Part shown: positions 1 to 12,991 of the stretch, in pieces
Layout: each line of letters opens with the position of its first letter
How positions within the stretch are numbered: position 1 is the stretch's first letter
Source of the DNA: Mobula hypostoma
Lineage: Eukaryota
Direction: 5' to 3'
DNA: 64,000 bases
Assembly (NCBI RefSeq): GCF_963921235.1
Contig: NC_086107.1
Span: 98,768,001-98,832,000, forward strand
Translations under genes and position numbers: made by a program
The notes under the pieces: generated by a model
The model's database searches: none
Told to the model about the DNA's origin: nothing
What the model saw: only the letters and a program-made list of their open reading frames with translations

Positions 1-1049
1 ACTCTTCATTCTTCCTCAGCTTACCAGTCACCTTCAGGCTCCTGTCTCAGCACTCCACTCTTCACTTTGTGCTCGCTGCCTCCCCTCTCCACTCTCAGTC
101 CTGACACAGGGTTTCGATCCAAGATGTTAGCAGTTCCACTCACCAGCCCCTCAAATGGTGCCTGACTCTGAGTTCCTCCAGTTGGTCCAGATGTTTGCAT
201 CTGCAGTCCCTTGGGCCTCCAACTTTTCACGTCGACCTGGAACAAGTTTTGCCCTTTATTGAACTTTTTACCATTGCTGGAAGCACTGAGGCTAATCTCC
301 CAAACAGTGCTGAAGGAAGCTGCTGGCAATCAAATCTGAAGAAAACAACTGGCAATCAGCCATTTGGCCAAAAGGAAGTCCTCCAAATCTGGGGCTTGCT
401 GACAGATGGCATTATGCCTGTCTCTATGCTTTGTTGCTATACTTCAAAGACCAGTCTCGATAAAGTTTTTTCATATCACACTGGGAAAATTACCTTGTAT
501 AGGAGTGGATCCCTGTGCATTTTAATCAGAATTTTTAGCAGATCAGGAGGCAAAGGAGAAAGCAAATTTTTCTATAATTTCAAAAAATTATTTCTTAATG
601 TCTTGATATGCTTACATTGCAGCCTGTGATAGGAGCCATAGCTCTACCTTCTGTCAAACCCTGTCAATGTATTTCCACAGTAGGACGTCATTGCCTGAGG
701 CCCAGTTGTCTCGACAATGTTGCACCCAATTCCAATGGACAGAGAGACAGTGAGACTGTTCTGTCCTGTTGTTGAGTTAAGACGGCAGGCAGTGTTGGAA
801 GCAGAACAGTTGGTTCCTGATATACTAAATGATTTTGCAGTAATCCCAGCAAAGAAGCAGGACATTACAGCTGAATGGTTCCTGCTGAGGATACAGTTAT
901 CTCAGAGCAACTGTTTTCCAGGTGATCCTGGCAGTTTCAGAAAGTACTGGTTTATTAAGTTACAGTGAAAAATTTGTGTCGCCTACAGTTTATACGGAAC
1001 AAATCATCATACAGTGCATTGAGCTAGAATAAGATAAAACAATAGTTTT

Positions 1050-1460
1050 CCTATGTACAATACGCCACTGGCGTTTAGAGCAGAAAAAAAAGGTATCCAT
1101 CTCTGGTGGTGTTCAGGGCTTCCTTCATCACGTCAGTAGCTTCCTTTCAGTTTTCACTACTGTCAGCATGTAAGTCCCAGATTGAGACTCAGGAATACCA
1201 TCACACTCAGATGTAGAAGGAATCTTCATTGCTGTTTCTGTAACAATTTTGTTTTACCACTCAGGGTTGTTAGCCCTGAGCTGGAGCCCCTGAACCTGGA
1301 GGACCGCTAGACCACTCTCAGTCTGGCCTCAACCGCTTGCCTTGTTTGGCATGGGTGACCCTATCAAGAGCCAAAGCATTGAGCCCTGACTCCAGCCACC
1401 ATAGCTCTCCAGGGTCACTGAGGCACACAAGCCTCCAAACCCTACAAGATTGTGGTCCTT
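1050..1460 (-). mobile_element. Non-autonomous RTE-like retroposon fragment
   Basis: Contains ggcatgggtgaccct...catagctctccagggtcactgaggcac, recalled as an RTE 5' UTR-like motif in reverse. Confidence 0.4.
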
Positions 1461-1499
1461 CTGGAGGAAAACAATAGCAAAACAGAATTAGTGTAAAAT

Positions 1500-2000
1500 C
1501 TACTGAAAAAGTGCAGTGCAGGTAAACCAAAATAAGCAAGATCATAGAGAGGTCATTTATGAGACCAAGAGTCCGTATTATTGTACAAGAGCTCCATTCA
1601 AGAGTTTGATAACAGTGGGATAGAAGTTGTCCTTGAACCTGGTGGTACATGCTTTCAGGCTTTTGAATCTTCTGTCTGATGGGAGAGGAGAGAAGGGAGA
1701 ATGTCTGGGTGGGTGGGGTCTTTGGTTATGCTGGCTGCATGACTGAAGCCGTGAGAATTTTAGACGGAGTCAATAGGGGAGAGGCCAGTTCCTGTGATGT
1801 GCTCAGCTGTGTCCACAACTCTGCAGTTTCTTGCATTCAGTTGCCATACCAAACTATTATGCATCCAGACAGAATGCGTTCTACGGTGTATCAATAAAAA
1901 CTGGCCTGAGTTGAAGGAGATCTGCTAAATTCTTTAGTCTCCTCAGGCGTTGGTGAGCTTTCTTGGCTGTGACATTGACTAGGACAGGCTATTGGTAATG
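1500..2000 (-). mobile_element. Degraded Rex1/L2-type LINE 3' fragment
   Basis: Resembles the better-preserved Rex1-type copies in this window (tccttgaacctggtggtac..., ccataccaaactattatgcatcc). Confidence 0.55.
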
Positions 2001-3006
2001 TTCATGGCTAATGTAGAAGAGCTGTTGAATTAATATGCTCGTTATTAATAACTAGGAACTAGTAATTTAACTAGATCATTAGCTATCTCGTGCATAGTTA
2101 GAAACTTAGTGGAATCTGTTAATAGTGGCACAATGACTGAGCAATTAAATTAAGGCGAAGTGCTGAAGATTTAGGGGCAAATATGTCTAACTTTACATAG
2201 TTGAACACTTCAGTCACAAAGTGGATAAGGGAATTTCTATAGATATTATTTATCTGGATTTTTAGAAATCATTCAGCATGATTCCATAGAATAAACATAC
2301 TTTTGCACAAATTGGAAGCAGTCTATTGGCTTGGACAGGGAGTTGGTTAGAAGGTATTGGAGAACCTGGCTCACACCCAGTTGACATGATGCAGTCCTAA
2401 TGAAAGGTCTTGGCCAGAAACAACTGTTTATTCCTCTCTATAGATGCTGCCTGACTTGCTGAGTTTCTCCAGTGTTTAGTGTGTGTTTCTCAAGGTTTCC
2501 AGCATCTGCCAAATATCTTATGTTAATGATGTAACTATCATTTTTTTTCTAAAGCGTTATTAAAGATTTATTTGGCTTTTTAGTATTTCTGTAAGTTATA
2601 TAGTTACTCCAGTGGACCTTGCTGTTGATGCATTAGGTGCATCGTAATTACCATGGAAGGGGAAGGTGGACAGGAAATGTGGAAGCTATGGCAGGTGCTT
2701 TTTTCTTTGTAGGGGAAAATGCAAAGATATCTGAGATGGATCAGACTGCTTTCTACACGATGAAAAGCTGAGAACTGTGGACGAGTGAAGTGAACTTGGG
2801 GTGCAGTCCAGAAATCACTGAAAACTTAATGGACAGATACAAAATCAACTTTTAAAAATGTGTTTGTTTCTGAAGGGGAGTTGTGTTGTACAGAATGCAG
2901 GTTAGACCATACCTTTAGCACTGAGCAGTCCTCACCACCCTGTTAGCAAAGATACGTGAGTGTTATTAAAGGAGCAGGTAAGGAAACCTGTTTCAATTGT
3001 GTAGAG

Positions 3007-3081
3007 CAGGGGTTACCAGTCTGGGGTCCACGGACCCCTTAATAATATTGGTCCATGGCATAAAAAAGCTGGGAACCTCGG
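3007..3081. mobile_element. hAT/Charlie-type mini-MITE (about 75 bp)
   Basis: CAGGGGTT...GGGAACC TIR remnants. 8-bp TSD GTGTAGAG/GTTTAGAG. Confidence 0.7.
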
Positions 3082-4887
3082 GTTTAGAGGGTTAACAATC
3101 AGGGGTATTAGTCTGAAGATTAGAATCAAGCCAATTAGGACTGAAATTAGAAAGTGTTTCTTCTACACAGCAATCAATACCCAGTTAATTTACTCTAAAT
3201 TAGTTATTAAGGCTGTATAAACCAAAGGATAATGGCTTTATAATACAATCTGGTGCTTGGCTGATTATGTCATTGTAAATGACAGAATAAACTTAGAGGG
3301 TAAATGAATTTTCATTTTTATCTCCTGGGAGGTTGGCTTTCAGCCCAGTAGTATTTAACGTAATTGATATGTCTGAAAAACTTGTTGGAATTGATAGAAT
3401 AGATGATGAGAAATTATTTCCTTAGTGGGGGAAGAAGGCATGTTATTAGAACTAGGTTAATCAGGGGCTGTGGTAGGTAATGGAAATTGGGCACTCTTCA
3501 AAAAGTTGTTGAGGTTTGAGAACAATTCCATATTTGAAAAAAATGAGATTGATTATTTTTTGTTAGCAGGAGTACCAAGCACAAAGGAGGGATGGGATAC
3601 AATCAGACTTTAGCTCCTTCACTTCCTCAGGTAGTCAGTTAATATCACAGCTGACTTCTTCCAAGGTGGTGGGGGTTTTTTTGTGTGTGAGGACAGATGG
3701 ACTAGACAGGGAATATCTTCAAAGTTGAGAAGAACCTTCTTTAAACATACAGTTCTTAAAAGACTTTTAAGACAAGCCAGATGCAGAGATGCTTTCTCCT
3801 GGCTGAGGAAGCTAAGGAAGTAAGGAACCTGCGTGAACAAATTTCACGACACACATGCCGTGATAACAAACCTGATTCTGATTCTGATGACTGAAGAATA
3901 TAGACTAGGCTGCTTAGAACTGAGTTGAGGAGGTTCTTCATTCAGAAATGAATCTTTGAAACACTCTGCTCCAGGATGCGATAGAGGTTCAGACACTGAA
4001 CTCATTCATTGTATTTCTGAGTATGACTTGAGTGCAGGAACTGATCAGAGGCTGAGAGCTGCCATGATAGAAATGTAGAAGATGATAAGAGGTATATATC
4101 CAGTGGACAGCCAGACACTCTTTACAAAGGTGGTAATGGATAATATAAGGCGGACTTAATTTTCATTGGCGGAAAGTATAAGGGGGGGATGTCAGAGGCT
4201 AAGATTTTTTTTGGACAGCGGTAGGTGTGCAGAAAGCCCTCCCATCAGTGGTGGTAGAGGCGGATACATTAGAAACATTTAAGAAACTCTTAAGCCATGG
4301 ATGACAGAAAAATGGGGGGCTATGTAGGAGGGAAGGATTATTTTGATTTTAGAGTAGGTTATAAGGCTGGCTCAACATTGTGGGCCGAAGGGCCTGTTCT
4401 TTGTAGTGATGGTGCTGGAGACTGCTGCTAAGCTAAAAGATCAGCCTTGATGAATGGCAGAAATGGAAGAGTCATGGGATCTATTCCTGCTCCAAGTTGT
4501 GTTACTGTAGGTCAGTAATTCACTTCTGTAAACTGTGCTTACAAAGATTTTCTCACGCATCAAAGGCAGGTCATGCCAGAGAAAAAAGTATACCAGACCC
4601 AAGTCATAGTTCCTATAAGGAAGTGTTGGACAAAAACATTCAATCTGTAAACTGAGGTTTTTAAAAATGTAAGACAGTGACACAGGAAAAACTTTTTTCA
4701 CTCGAGATCAGATTAGAAATCGTAAATTTGTTGGGAAATCCGAACGGAATTACAGGAAAATTTCTTTTTGCAGTGTTGTGAGTTTGCCTCAGCCACTCCA
4801 ATAACAATGGATGCAGTTTCTATAAATACATGAGGATGAAATAAATTAAACAGTAACCTGAAGATGAAATGGGGTAAGGAGGGAAGC

Positions 4888-4950
4888 GACACACACACAG
4901 ACACACACTCACTCAGACAGACACACACACACACCCACCCACCCACCCAA
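4888..4950. repeat. (CA)n microsatellite, imperfect
   Basis: acacacacag acacacactc...acacacacacacacccacccacccaccc. Confidence 0.85.
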
Positions 4951-7911
4951 AATGGAGGAACTCAGCAGGTCAGGCAGCATCTATGGAAAGGAGTGAACCG
5001 TTGACATTTTGGGCCGAGACTTTTCTTCAGGAGAGAGGCTGTCTGGAACGTGACTGCATAGACCAGATGGGCAGAAAGGCCTGATTTGGTTATGCTCATC
5101 TCATATTTTGGACTTGTAAACTAAACATACTAGAAATTGCTTCAGGAATTGGTGGTTTGTGCTGGAATAAGATGAAAATGTGCAACTTTTTTCCAGTGAA
5201 ACGAAGGTTAAATGATGTGTAAATGGTTTTCTGTGCGGTTTGAAGAGGGTAAATGAGGAAAGGTGGTTTGTGGTAATTGTCAAATTACCATTGGATTGCA
5301 ATTTATCTATAGAATAAAGGAGGCTAGAAGGAATGTTTCTGTATAATATCTTCCTTCTGCGGTTATTAAAGAGACAACAAGTACATTTAAATGGTACAAT
5401 ATAGGAATCGTAAAGGATGAATACTAAAGGGTGCAGGTAAGTGGTGTTCACCATTGTCACAGCTAGTACAGCCACTGACTGCTTTCTGTATTGCGAGTCC
5501 CAAAGAATGGCCTTGCCCGAAACGTCGACTGTTTATTCATTTCCATAGATGCTGCCTGACTTGCTGAGTTCCTCCAGCATTTTGTTGCTTTGAACTTCCA
5601 GCATCTGCAAAATGTCTCGTGTTTCTGTATTCTGAGTCTGTGAGACATTTCAGTGCAACGAAGGTTTATGTCTTGGAAAGACATTGGCTTTCTACGTGGG
5701 TGATGAAGCTGCTGCATCCGGGCTACTCAGGCGGTCATTGTGTGATCCTGTCGTTAATGAGCTGGCAATTTGTTTCATGGAATGAGGTTATGAACAGAAA
5801 GAAATATGCGGCTGGAGGCAGGGCCTTATATGGAATGGAACTCAGAAGACACCTGACCTCCAACTAGAAGCAACCTCGGTAATCTTCCCTGGATGATTCA
5901 GCATTTCAAAACCAACAGGGATCTCAGAGTCAAAGCCAGAGAAGTGAACAATCTGTAATCAACACTCAGTTTTGTAGGACAGATTACTTTTCTCTGTGTG
6001 ACCAACTTTTAAAAATCTGTTCTGAAAATATTTATTTTAAATCTCTTAGTATTATTAAACTTTAGAGAAAAAAATTATATTCTAACTACATTAAATCATT
6101 TTTAAATTGTAGTTCTGTGACATCAGTTTACAATCTCAGGAGTTTCACTGGAATATTTGTAATATGTAGTTGCTAAGATAATATAAATCCCAAAATAACG
6201 GATATACCTATGACGGAATTACACATTAAAAGGGCCATTCAAACTGTTCATTTAATGATTGGTGAGGAGCAGGTTTTGAATCAAGATGTCAAGGAGAGCT
6301 CCCCTACTCTTTGGGGTTGGAGTTGTGGGATCTCCACCTGAGGGGGTTAGACAGGCAGTAATCCTTGTTTATATATGTAGGACAAGGTTCAAACTTGTCT
6401 TTGAACCAAAGAAAGTAGAGATACTGAAAAACCTAAAACTTAAACTAGAAGGTGCTAGAAACAGTCGCCAGAGCATTTGTGGAGCAAAAAGACGAATCAC
6501 TGTTTATATAAAGCACAGGAACAGAGTAACACCATTCATCAATAAAGTATGATTATGACTATCCCATAAAGTCTGCGTCACTTTCAGGATGCTGTTACTT
6601 CATAGTTTTTGTTGAAGGGTCACTGAGCGTTGCTTTAACAATGTCATGTAGGCTGCAGCTTAACAGCATCCTTTACCTCTGAGTCAGGTAAGAACTTGCA
6701 TGTGACAGCAAGAGCAGAGCACTCAGGCCCTCAGGCCTGCCCTGTCACTCAATGTGATCGTGGCTGACCTACCCCTAAACTCCTCTCTCCCTCAATCCCC
6801 CTGATATTTCAGAAACAAATCTGTCTCCATCTTAAATGTTCTTAATGAGCTATAGTGTCCACAACACCTGGGACAGAGAGCTCCAGAGATTCATCATTCT
6901 ACAGAAATTTCTACACACCCCTTTTAAATGAAACACCTTGAAACAGCACCGCCTTTTTTGAGAATCAGGTCTTGTGAGAGCCCAAACGTCTATCTTGACA
7001 CCACTGCAGTATTTGGGGAGTTGTGCAGTGCTGAAGGTAAGAAATAGAAGCAGGAGAAAGCCGTGAGAATCTTCTAGACTGCTGTGCCTTTCAAGGCATT
7101 TGTGGATAATTCTCCATCTTGTCCTTTATCGCTTTTGAGCCTCAGATCTCTTGGTTTTCTTCGTATCCAGAAATGTATTAATCTCAGCTTTTCATGCAGT
7201 ATATACTTAATTGGAATTCTGTGTATTCTCAATTATTTATAATCCTCTGGATAAAGCAGTTTCTCATCATCACCCTCAAATATTTCTCCTGAGATTGTGC
7301 TTTCCAGAATCCTGAACTGCAGGTAATAGACTCTTGTCTTTTGCCCTGTGAATCCCTCTCAGAATCTTACGTGTCTCAACTTGACCTTCCTTTTTTCTGA
7401 ACTTAAACTAGTGGAGGCCAGTTTCCCCTAATCTCTCCTCATGAGGAAACACTTCAGTCCATGAATCAATCTAGTAGAACTCCACCATTTGACCAGTGGG
7501 TCCTTCATAGGTATGAAGACCAGAGCAACATTCAGATTCAAGTGTGACTTCAAAAGTCCTGAATACTTTGTTTTCCAATCCCTTTCCGACATACCTTTTC
7601 CTCAGTGCTTTACTTATATGTACCTTGTGAACATGTGAGTAATTTGTTTCTGAACATATAAATATTGTTATTCTTCAATTCATCTTGCCAAAGTGCATAA
7701 CTCTATATTTTCCCACATTATACTGCTATGTCATATGTGTCTAAACTTGACAGTATAACTTGTGAATAGCAAGTGAGGGTGGATTTGGGTGGGGTGGTTG
7801 GTGAGAATGTGGAGAGGATATAATTAGTTAGGGTAGGGTTAGTATGAAAATCGGTGCTTAATAGGCAGCAGGGACAGTTTCCTTGTTATGCCTCTACAAT
7901 TATAATTCTGA

Positions 7912-8420
7912 CGTGTGGTGGTTGGCATCCGCCTGTCTCGAAGGACAGTGGGTGATGATCATCATCACAAGCCTGGGCGAAAAGTATAGGGACGGCCAGT
8001 CGTCCAGATCCCCCTCTCGGCCTCACTTGTGTAAGGAAAGTTTATGAAGCAATGCGTTTGACACGAGCTTGGCTGCAGGAGCTGCCGGAAGAATGTTCAA
8101 TGACGTCCAGCTACCTTAGGGGATCCGCTCCGGATTTGCTGTCTAGGTTTACTCCCGTAGCCTTCGTCTCTCCCGAGGCTGCCCACGAGGCAGTGGGGCT
8201 ATTTACCCATAGCTGGGGATCTGGTTCACAAGCACCAGGGCGTGTCCACACACCGGTGGGCCTGTGTGCTACATGTGCAGGGGCCAGACCTCCTCCCCGC
8301 CCTCTATAGTTCAGTTTGGAGTCCGGTTTCTGTGTGTCGCCAGCGAGGAAGCAGAACGCGAAGCTTGCTGTTGGGGAGGCTGTGTACTTGGCATGGAGGG
8401 ACTTACACATACAGCTCCCC
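7912..8420 (-). mobile_element. Internally deleted RTE-clade retroposon
   Basis: ggttggcatccgcctgtctcgaaggacagtgg looks like the reverse complement of an RTE 3' end, joined to a GC-rich 5' UTR-like segment. No RT ORF. Confidence 0.5.
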
Positions 8421-9668
8421 TTTTCACAAGACTGCAAGCAGCAGTGGAAGCTGAAAGTGAGAACAATAAGCACTACCCACTGCACTACCACACTAGACGC
8501 ATCACAACAACCATTTGACAACTCTATAATTAATGTCCAATCTGATCTTTATCCCTATATCACATTTTCTCATCATTTGTAGCTGATTCCTAAAACTCAT
8601 TTCTGAACTTGCTCTTCTTGGCATCATTTAGACTTGTACTCTGCCTCACCGTCCTTCAGTTTCACCCGTAGAGTTTCTCTTTTGCAATGGAATATGCAGG
8701 CTTTGTTAATCTGTTAGGTAATCCTTTAATTTAATTTCCTAATCTATCTTTGTCAAACTGCCTTTGTAATTGGATTTATTTAGTCAAGTTCTGATTGGCC
8801 AGCATTCTCAAACAATGCACAGAATTCTTTTTAAATTCAGTCATTTTCTTTACACGATTCCTACAACTAGATTGTAAACGAGCCTGCCTCATTACACAAG
8901 TTTAGGTCTAAGGTACTTGGTCTGTTCCATGGTGTATTACTCAAATTTCTCCTATTGTGATCCCCATGGGGCTCATTCTATGTTTTAAATAGTCTATTCA
9001 ATCTTGCATAGTTATAAAAAGTTCTTAAAATAACTTTGTTGTATTAAATAATTATATTCAAGTCATGCCAGAATTTAGTATTTTTAAATAGAACACAATC
9101 TCAAAATCTGTGTTTTCAACTAAACATTTGTTTGTAGTTATCATTCCTGGGTGTCTTGGGTATTTCAGATCAGTGAAACTAACACATGAAATAATACATA
9201 GAGTACTGTACTCCCCAGTTAACTGGCTGGCAAATGGTATATAATATAAATCTACTCTAACAGTTAAAATTTAAGTGCTGTTATTATCGGTGGCAAAGTG
9301 GGGCTATGGGTATCACAATGATCTGTCAGCTCCAGCCACCAATCTCAATGAAGATTAAGATCACACATAATCCCTATTATCTTTATTACACACCATTCTA
9401 ATATTTTAGTTACCATAATACTTTCAACAAGTTATTGCTGCGGCTGGTGTGTAAAAGGTTTGTTTCATGTAACACACGCACACACAATACTGGAGGAACT
9501 CAGCAGGTCAGGCAGCATCTATGGAAAGGAATAAAGAGTCGACATTTTAGGTCGAGATCCAGTGCCCTGTCGTTTTGTACCATAACAGCTCCTCACTGTT
9601 CATGTGACAATTTGTTATGAAGGTCAACTCTCTTCCCCCATTTGGTTTATCCTTTCCAAATGCTGGAC

Positions 9669-9909
9669 TGTTAAGTTTTGTAACTTCAAACCTTTAAGCT
9701 AATTCAGAGAAAGTCATGGGAGTCTGAAATGTGAATCTAACATTGAGTTTACCTTAAGCGAGGTGCGTACTTACCATGTGGCAGCGTGATGACAAGTGCA
9801 GTTCACATACTTTTACACATAAACCCTTAATTACTTAAATGAACAAGAATGCTTAATCAACATATTTACAAGATTGCTCAAATAGTACCGAAATATTAAA
9901 TACACAACT
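9669..9909. mobile_element. Solo LTR
   Basis: Starts TGTT and ends AACT (CA>CT), flanked by a perfect 5-bp TSD TGGAC at 9664-9668 and 9910-9914. Confidence 0.7.
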
Positions 9910-10785
9910 TGGACAATCAGGAATATTTAATTAACCTTTGATCACCATGCAACTAATCTTTGAAACATCTATAAGATTAAACCCATTTATCACTATTGGC
10001 GTTATCTTTGAGATGAAATACTTGTGAATCTTTAAGATGAAAAGCTTTGTGCTCTAAGGCAAGTGTAAAAGATCCCATAACTCAGTTTCAAAGAAGAATG
10101 GCGGAATTATCCACAATCCTGGACAACATTGATCCCTCACACTATATTTAAAGCAGCAAGATTATTCTAGTTCTGATGAGGGGTCTCTACTCAAAATTTA
10201 AACTCTTTATTCCTCTCTATAGATGCTGCCTGACCTGCTGTGTTCCTCCAGCATTTTGTATGTGTGTTGCTCTGGATTTCCAGCATCTACAGAATCTCAT
10301 GTTTGATATCATTTTACTAATGTTTGTGGAAGCTTGTATTGTATTTCATCCATTATATCAGTGGCTACACCTAACAAGATCTTTAGTGACTGGAAATGAG
10401 CAGAAATATATATATATTTTTTGTATATTTCTTGTTGAAAGATTGGAACACACTATGACTACATCTGAGGGATTCAAGTACTTTGTTCCCCTAGAAAATT
10501 CACTGCTGACACCCATAAGAGACCTGATCACATTAGATTGTGGATAATATCAGTAAACTCTTGACTTTGGGAGATGTTGAGTTTGCAGGAGTGATGCTGA
10601 CCTAAGAGCTTCGCTGGAGCAGGCCTAAAGGCCTAACCTGCACGAGGTGGTACTATTGAATGTAACACTGGTGACTGTATAAAGAAAAGCCTACAAAGGT
10701 TTTATAGTATTTGTCAAAGAAACAACTGTCATTGTTCATTGACTCTCCTGTGGAAGGTTCAGCAGTGTTTTTGCTGTTTGTTTAG

Positions 10786-10870
10786 GAGGTGTGACCGAGC
10801 AAACGACTCCAGTGCCGAAACCCCGGGATCGGCCCCGGTCCCTGACAGAACGGTGCACTCCTGAGGCTAG
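10786..10870 (+). CDS. MICALL1: MICAL-like protein 1, internal coding exon (first exon recognised in window)
   Basis: tttag|GA...AG|gtatgt. Reads GVTEQTTPVPKPRDRPRSLTERCTPEA; PVPKPR resembles MICALL1. It ends in phase 2, matching the next exon. Confidence 0.8.
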
Positions 10871-10924
10871 GTATGTTAACCAGGGCCTTTGTTTGTTTCA
10901 AGACAGCTTGGAGTGGGCCCCTCC

Positions 10925-11172
10925 AGCCCTTCGAACCGCGCCGCCCAGCAACCCCAATTTAACCCTAACCCAATCACAGGACAATTTACAAAGACCAATT
11001 GACCTACCCGCTACATGTTTGGGCTGTGGGAGGAAACCCGAGCACCCGGAGGAAACCCACACATTCCGGGGGTGGAGGGGGGAAGGACGTACAGACACCT
11101 CACAGAGGATGCCATAATTGAACTCCCTGACGCCAAAAGCGTCACGTTAATTGCTCCGCTACCGTGGCGCCC
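10925..11172 (-). mobile_element. tRNA-derived (V-SINE/HE1-like) SINE
   Basis: Core tgtgggaggaaacccgagcacccggaggaaacccac. Related copies at about 14180-14370, 48035-48295 and 49115-49360. Confidence 0.7.
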
Positions 11173-12910
11173 TTGTGCTCTGTGGGTTGATAAGGAAGAG
11201 TCGTTTGAAGTGAATGTGACTTTGGGACCCCCGGGTAGAGTGCTAACTGAGTGCATGCGGCTGGGGTGGGCTAGTCTGCAGCTGGGTGGGATTTCTGCAG
11301 GCGGTGGGAGCATGCTGCTGGGATGGGAATGGTGGTCTTATGATGTTTGTACAGTATATGTAGCTCCACCTATGCACAGGGTTTTACGGGATTCAAGGTA
11401 CCTGCTCTCAGCAGGATTTCTGCAAGGGACAGGCATGTGTGGAAAGCTCAGGATGTCTGAAACCATCAGGGTGCCTACCCCAGGAGGATTTCTGCAGGAC
11501 GACATTGGGATCCTGTTGTGGGTTACTGTGATGCCCCGTATAAGCTGTGGTTTTATCTGTTAAATAGACACTGCAATGCCTTCCTCAGTGACTTGATGCT
11601 TTCACTCACACTGTTCAGCGGTAGTGCTCATGATACGAGCGAGGGCCAGCTGCTTGCTCAGGGCTTCACCGCTTTCTCTCTGGTTGAAAATGTTCCAGGT
11701 TCTACTTAGATGCTTGACTCAATAAGCAGCTTCAATTTGATGCCACCTCAACTCTAAGTCAAGACTGTGTATCAATAGACTGTTAGACAAAGAATCATAG
11801 ACGAATTCGTAGCATAGGAGGAGACCTTTGGGCCCATCATGTCAGTGGTGGAGAAGGAGTTAGTTAAACTGGTACATTCTCTAGCACTGAGCCTGTGGTC
11901 CTGCTCTGCAACTACAAAACCAAGCACATCTTAAATGTTAAGGGGATTCTCCCTCTTCCACTAATCCTTCTGGCAATGACGTTGAATCTGTTTCCTAGTT
12001 TTTAGTTCCTCTGCTAAAGAAAACAGCCCTTTCCTATTTGCCCACACAAAATTACACATTCCAGATCAGCTGTCCTTTGGTTACCTCCGCTCCAAAGAAA
12101 ACAGTCCTGGCTTATCTCAACTTTCCTTAGCAGTTGCATTTTTCCAGGCCTGTCAACATTGTTGGAAATTTCCTCTGCGCTCTCGTCAGTGCAATCACAT
12201 CTTCCCTATAATGTGGAGACGGAAACTGTACTCAGCTTCTAACTTGTGTGTAGCAGCAGCGTAACCTCACTGTTCTGATGTTCTCCAGAGTGGTTCCAAT
12301 AGCTGCCACAACTCAACGTGATGACCTTCCTTTCCTGCAGCAAGTGAGAAGTTTGAAGCATCAATGAAAAAAAACCACTGCCCTTTCTGTCTTGTGAGGC
12401 TGTACTACTGTATATAATCCTGTACCTTAGAGTGGCCATTCTGCAGCCCTGGCTGTGAATAACATCTGCCCTAGAACACTAGTACATTTCAGGCAGACCA
12501 CTGCATCCATGGTTCTCCAACACCAGCTGATATTTGTCTCAGTGTGTCCCTGGCAGTAGCCTGTTGAGCAGTGTTTAGTGTTTGCGATGTACCTCAACAA
12601 ATACCGCTGCATCACTTCCTCGACCTCCCACCGCAGAGCCAGACCCTTAAAAGCAAGTGAAGCAACAGTCTCACTTCCCCAGCAGTGTAGGTAATAATTC
12701 TGATCATACTCAAGATCTGATCGAGGAGGCCTTCCTCACCACCCGCCATGTAAGTGTTAGTGCTTGTGTGAAAGCTTCGGTGAGGATGCATCCCCTTTGA
12801 GAGTCTGCTTGGGCAACCGCCATGCTCCGTCATCCATCCCCTTGCCCTGCAGGGCGCTGATGCCATTTTATGCATGCAGTTGGCGCATGATCAGGAATGG
12901 TGCTCTGGCT

Positions 12911-12991
12911 CAGGGGTTCCCAACCTGGGGTCCACGGACCTCTCGGTTAACGGTAGGGGTCCATGGCAGAAAGAAAGATGGGGGACCCCTG
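12911..12991. mobile_element. hAT/Charlie-type mini-MITE
   Basis: CAGGGGTTCCC...GGGGACCCCTG TIRs. TSD CTCTGGCT/CTCTGGAG. Confidence 0.75.

Noticed and set aside
1..10785. Further MICALL1 exons (CH/LIM domains) or other genes
   Set aside because: No recognisable MICALL1 peptide or convincing spliced exon was found. The short ORFs here look like repeat-derived or random sequence.
10925..11172. tRNA genes
   Set aside because: The tRNA-like heads belong to degenerate SINE copies, and no complete cloverleaf was evident.
11015..11563. 182-aa plus-strand ORF
   Set aside because: It begins inside a SINE, has no recognisable domain and has no supporting splice structure.
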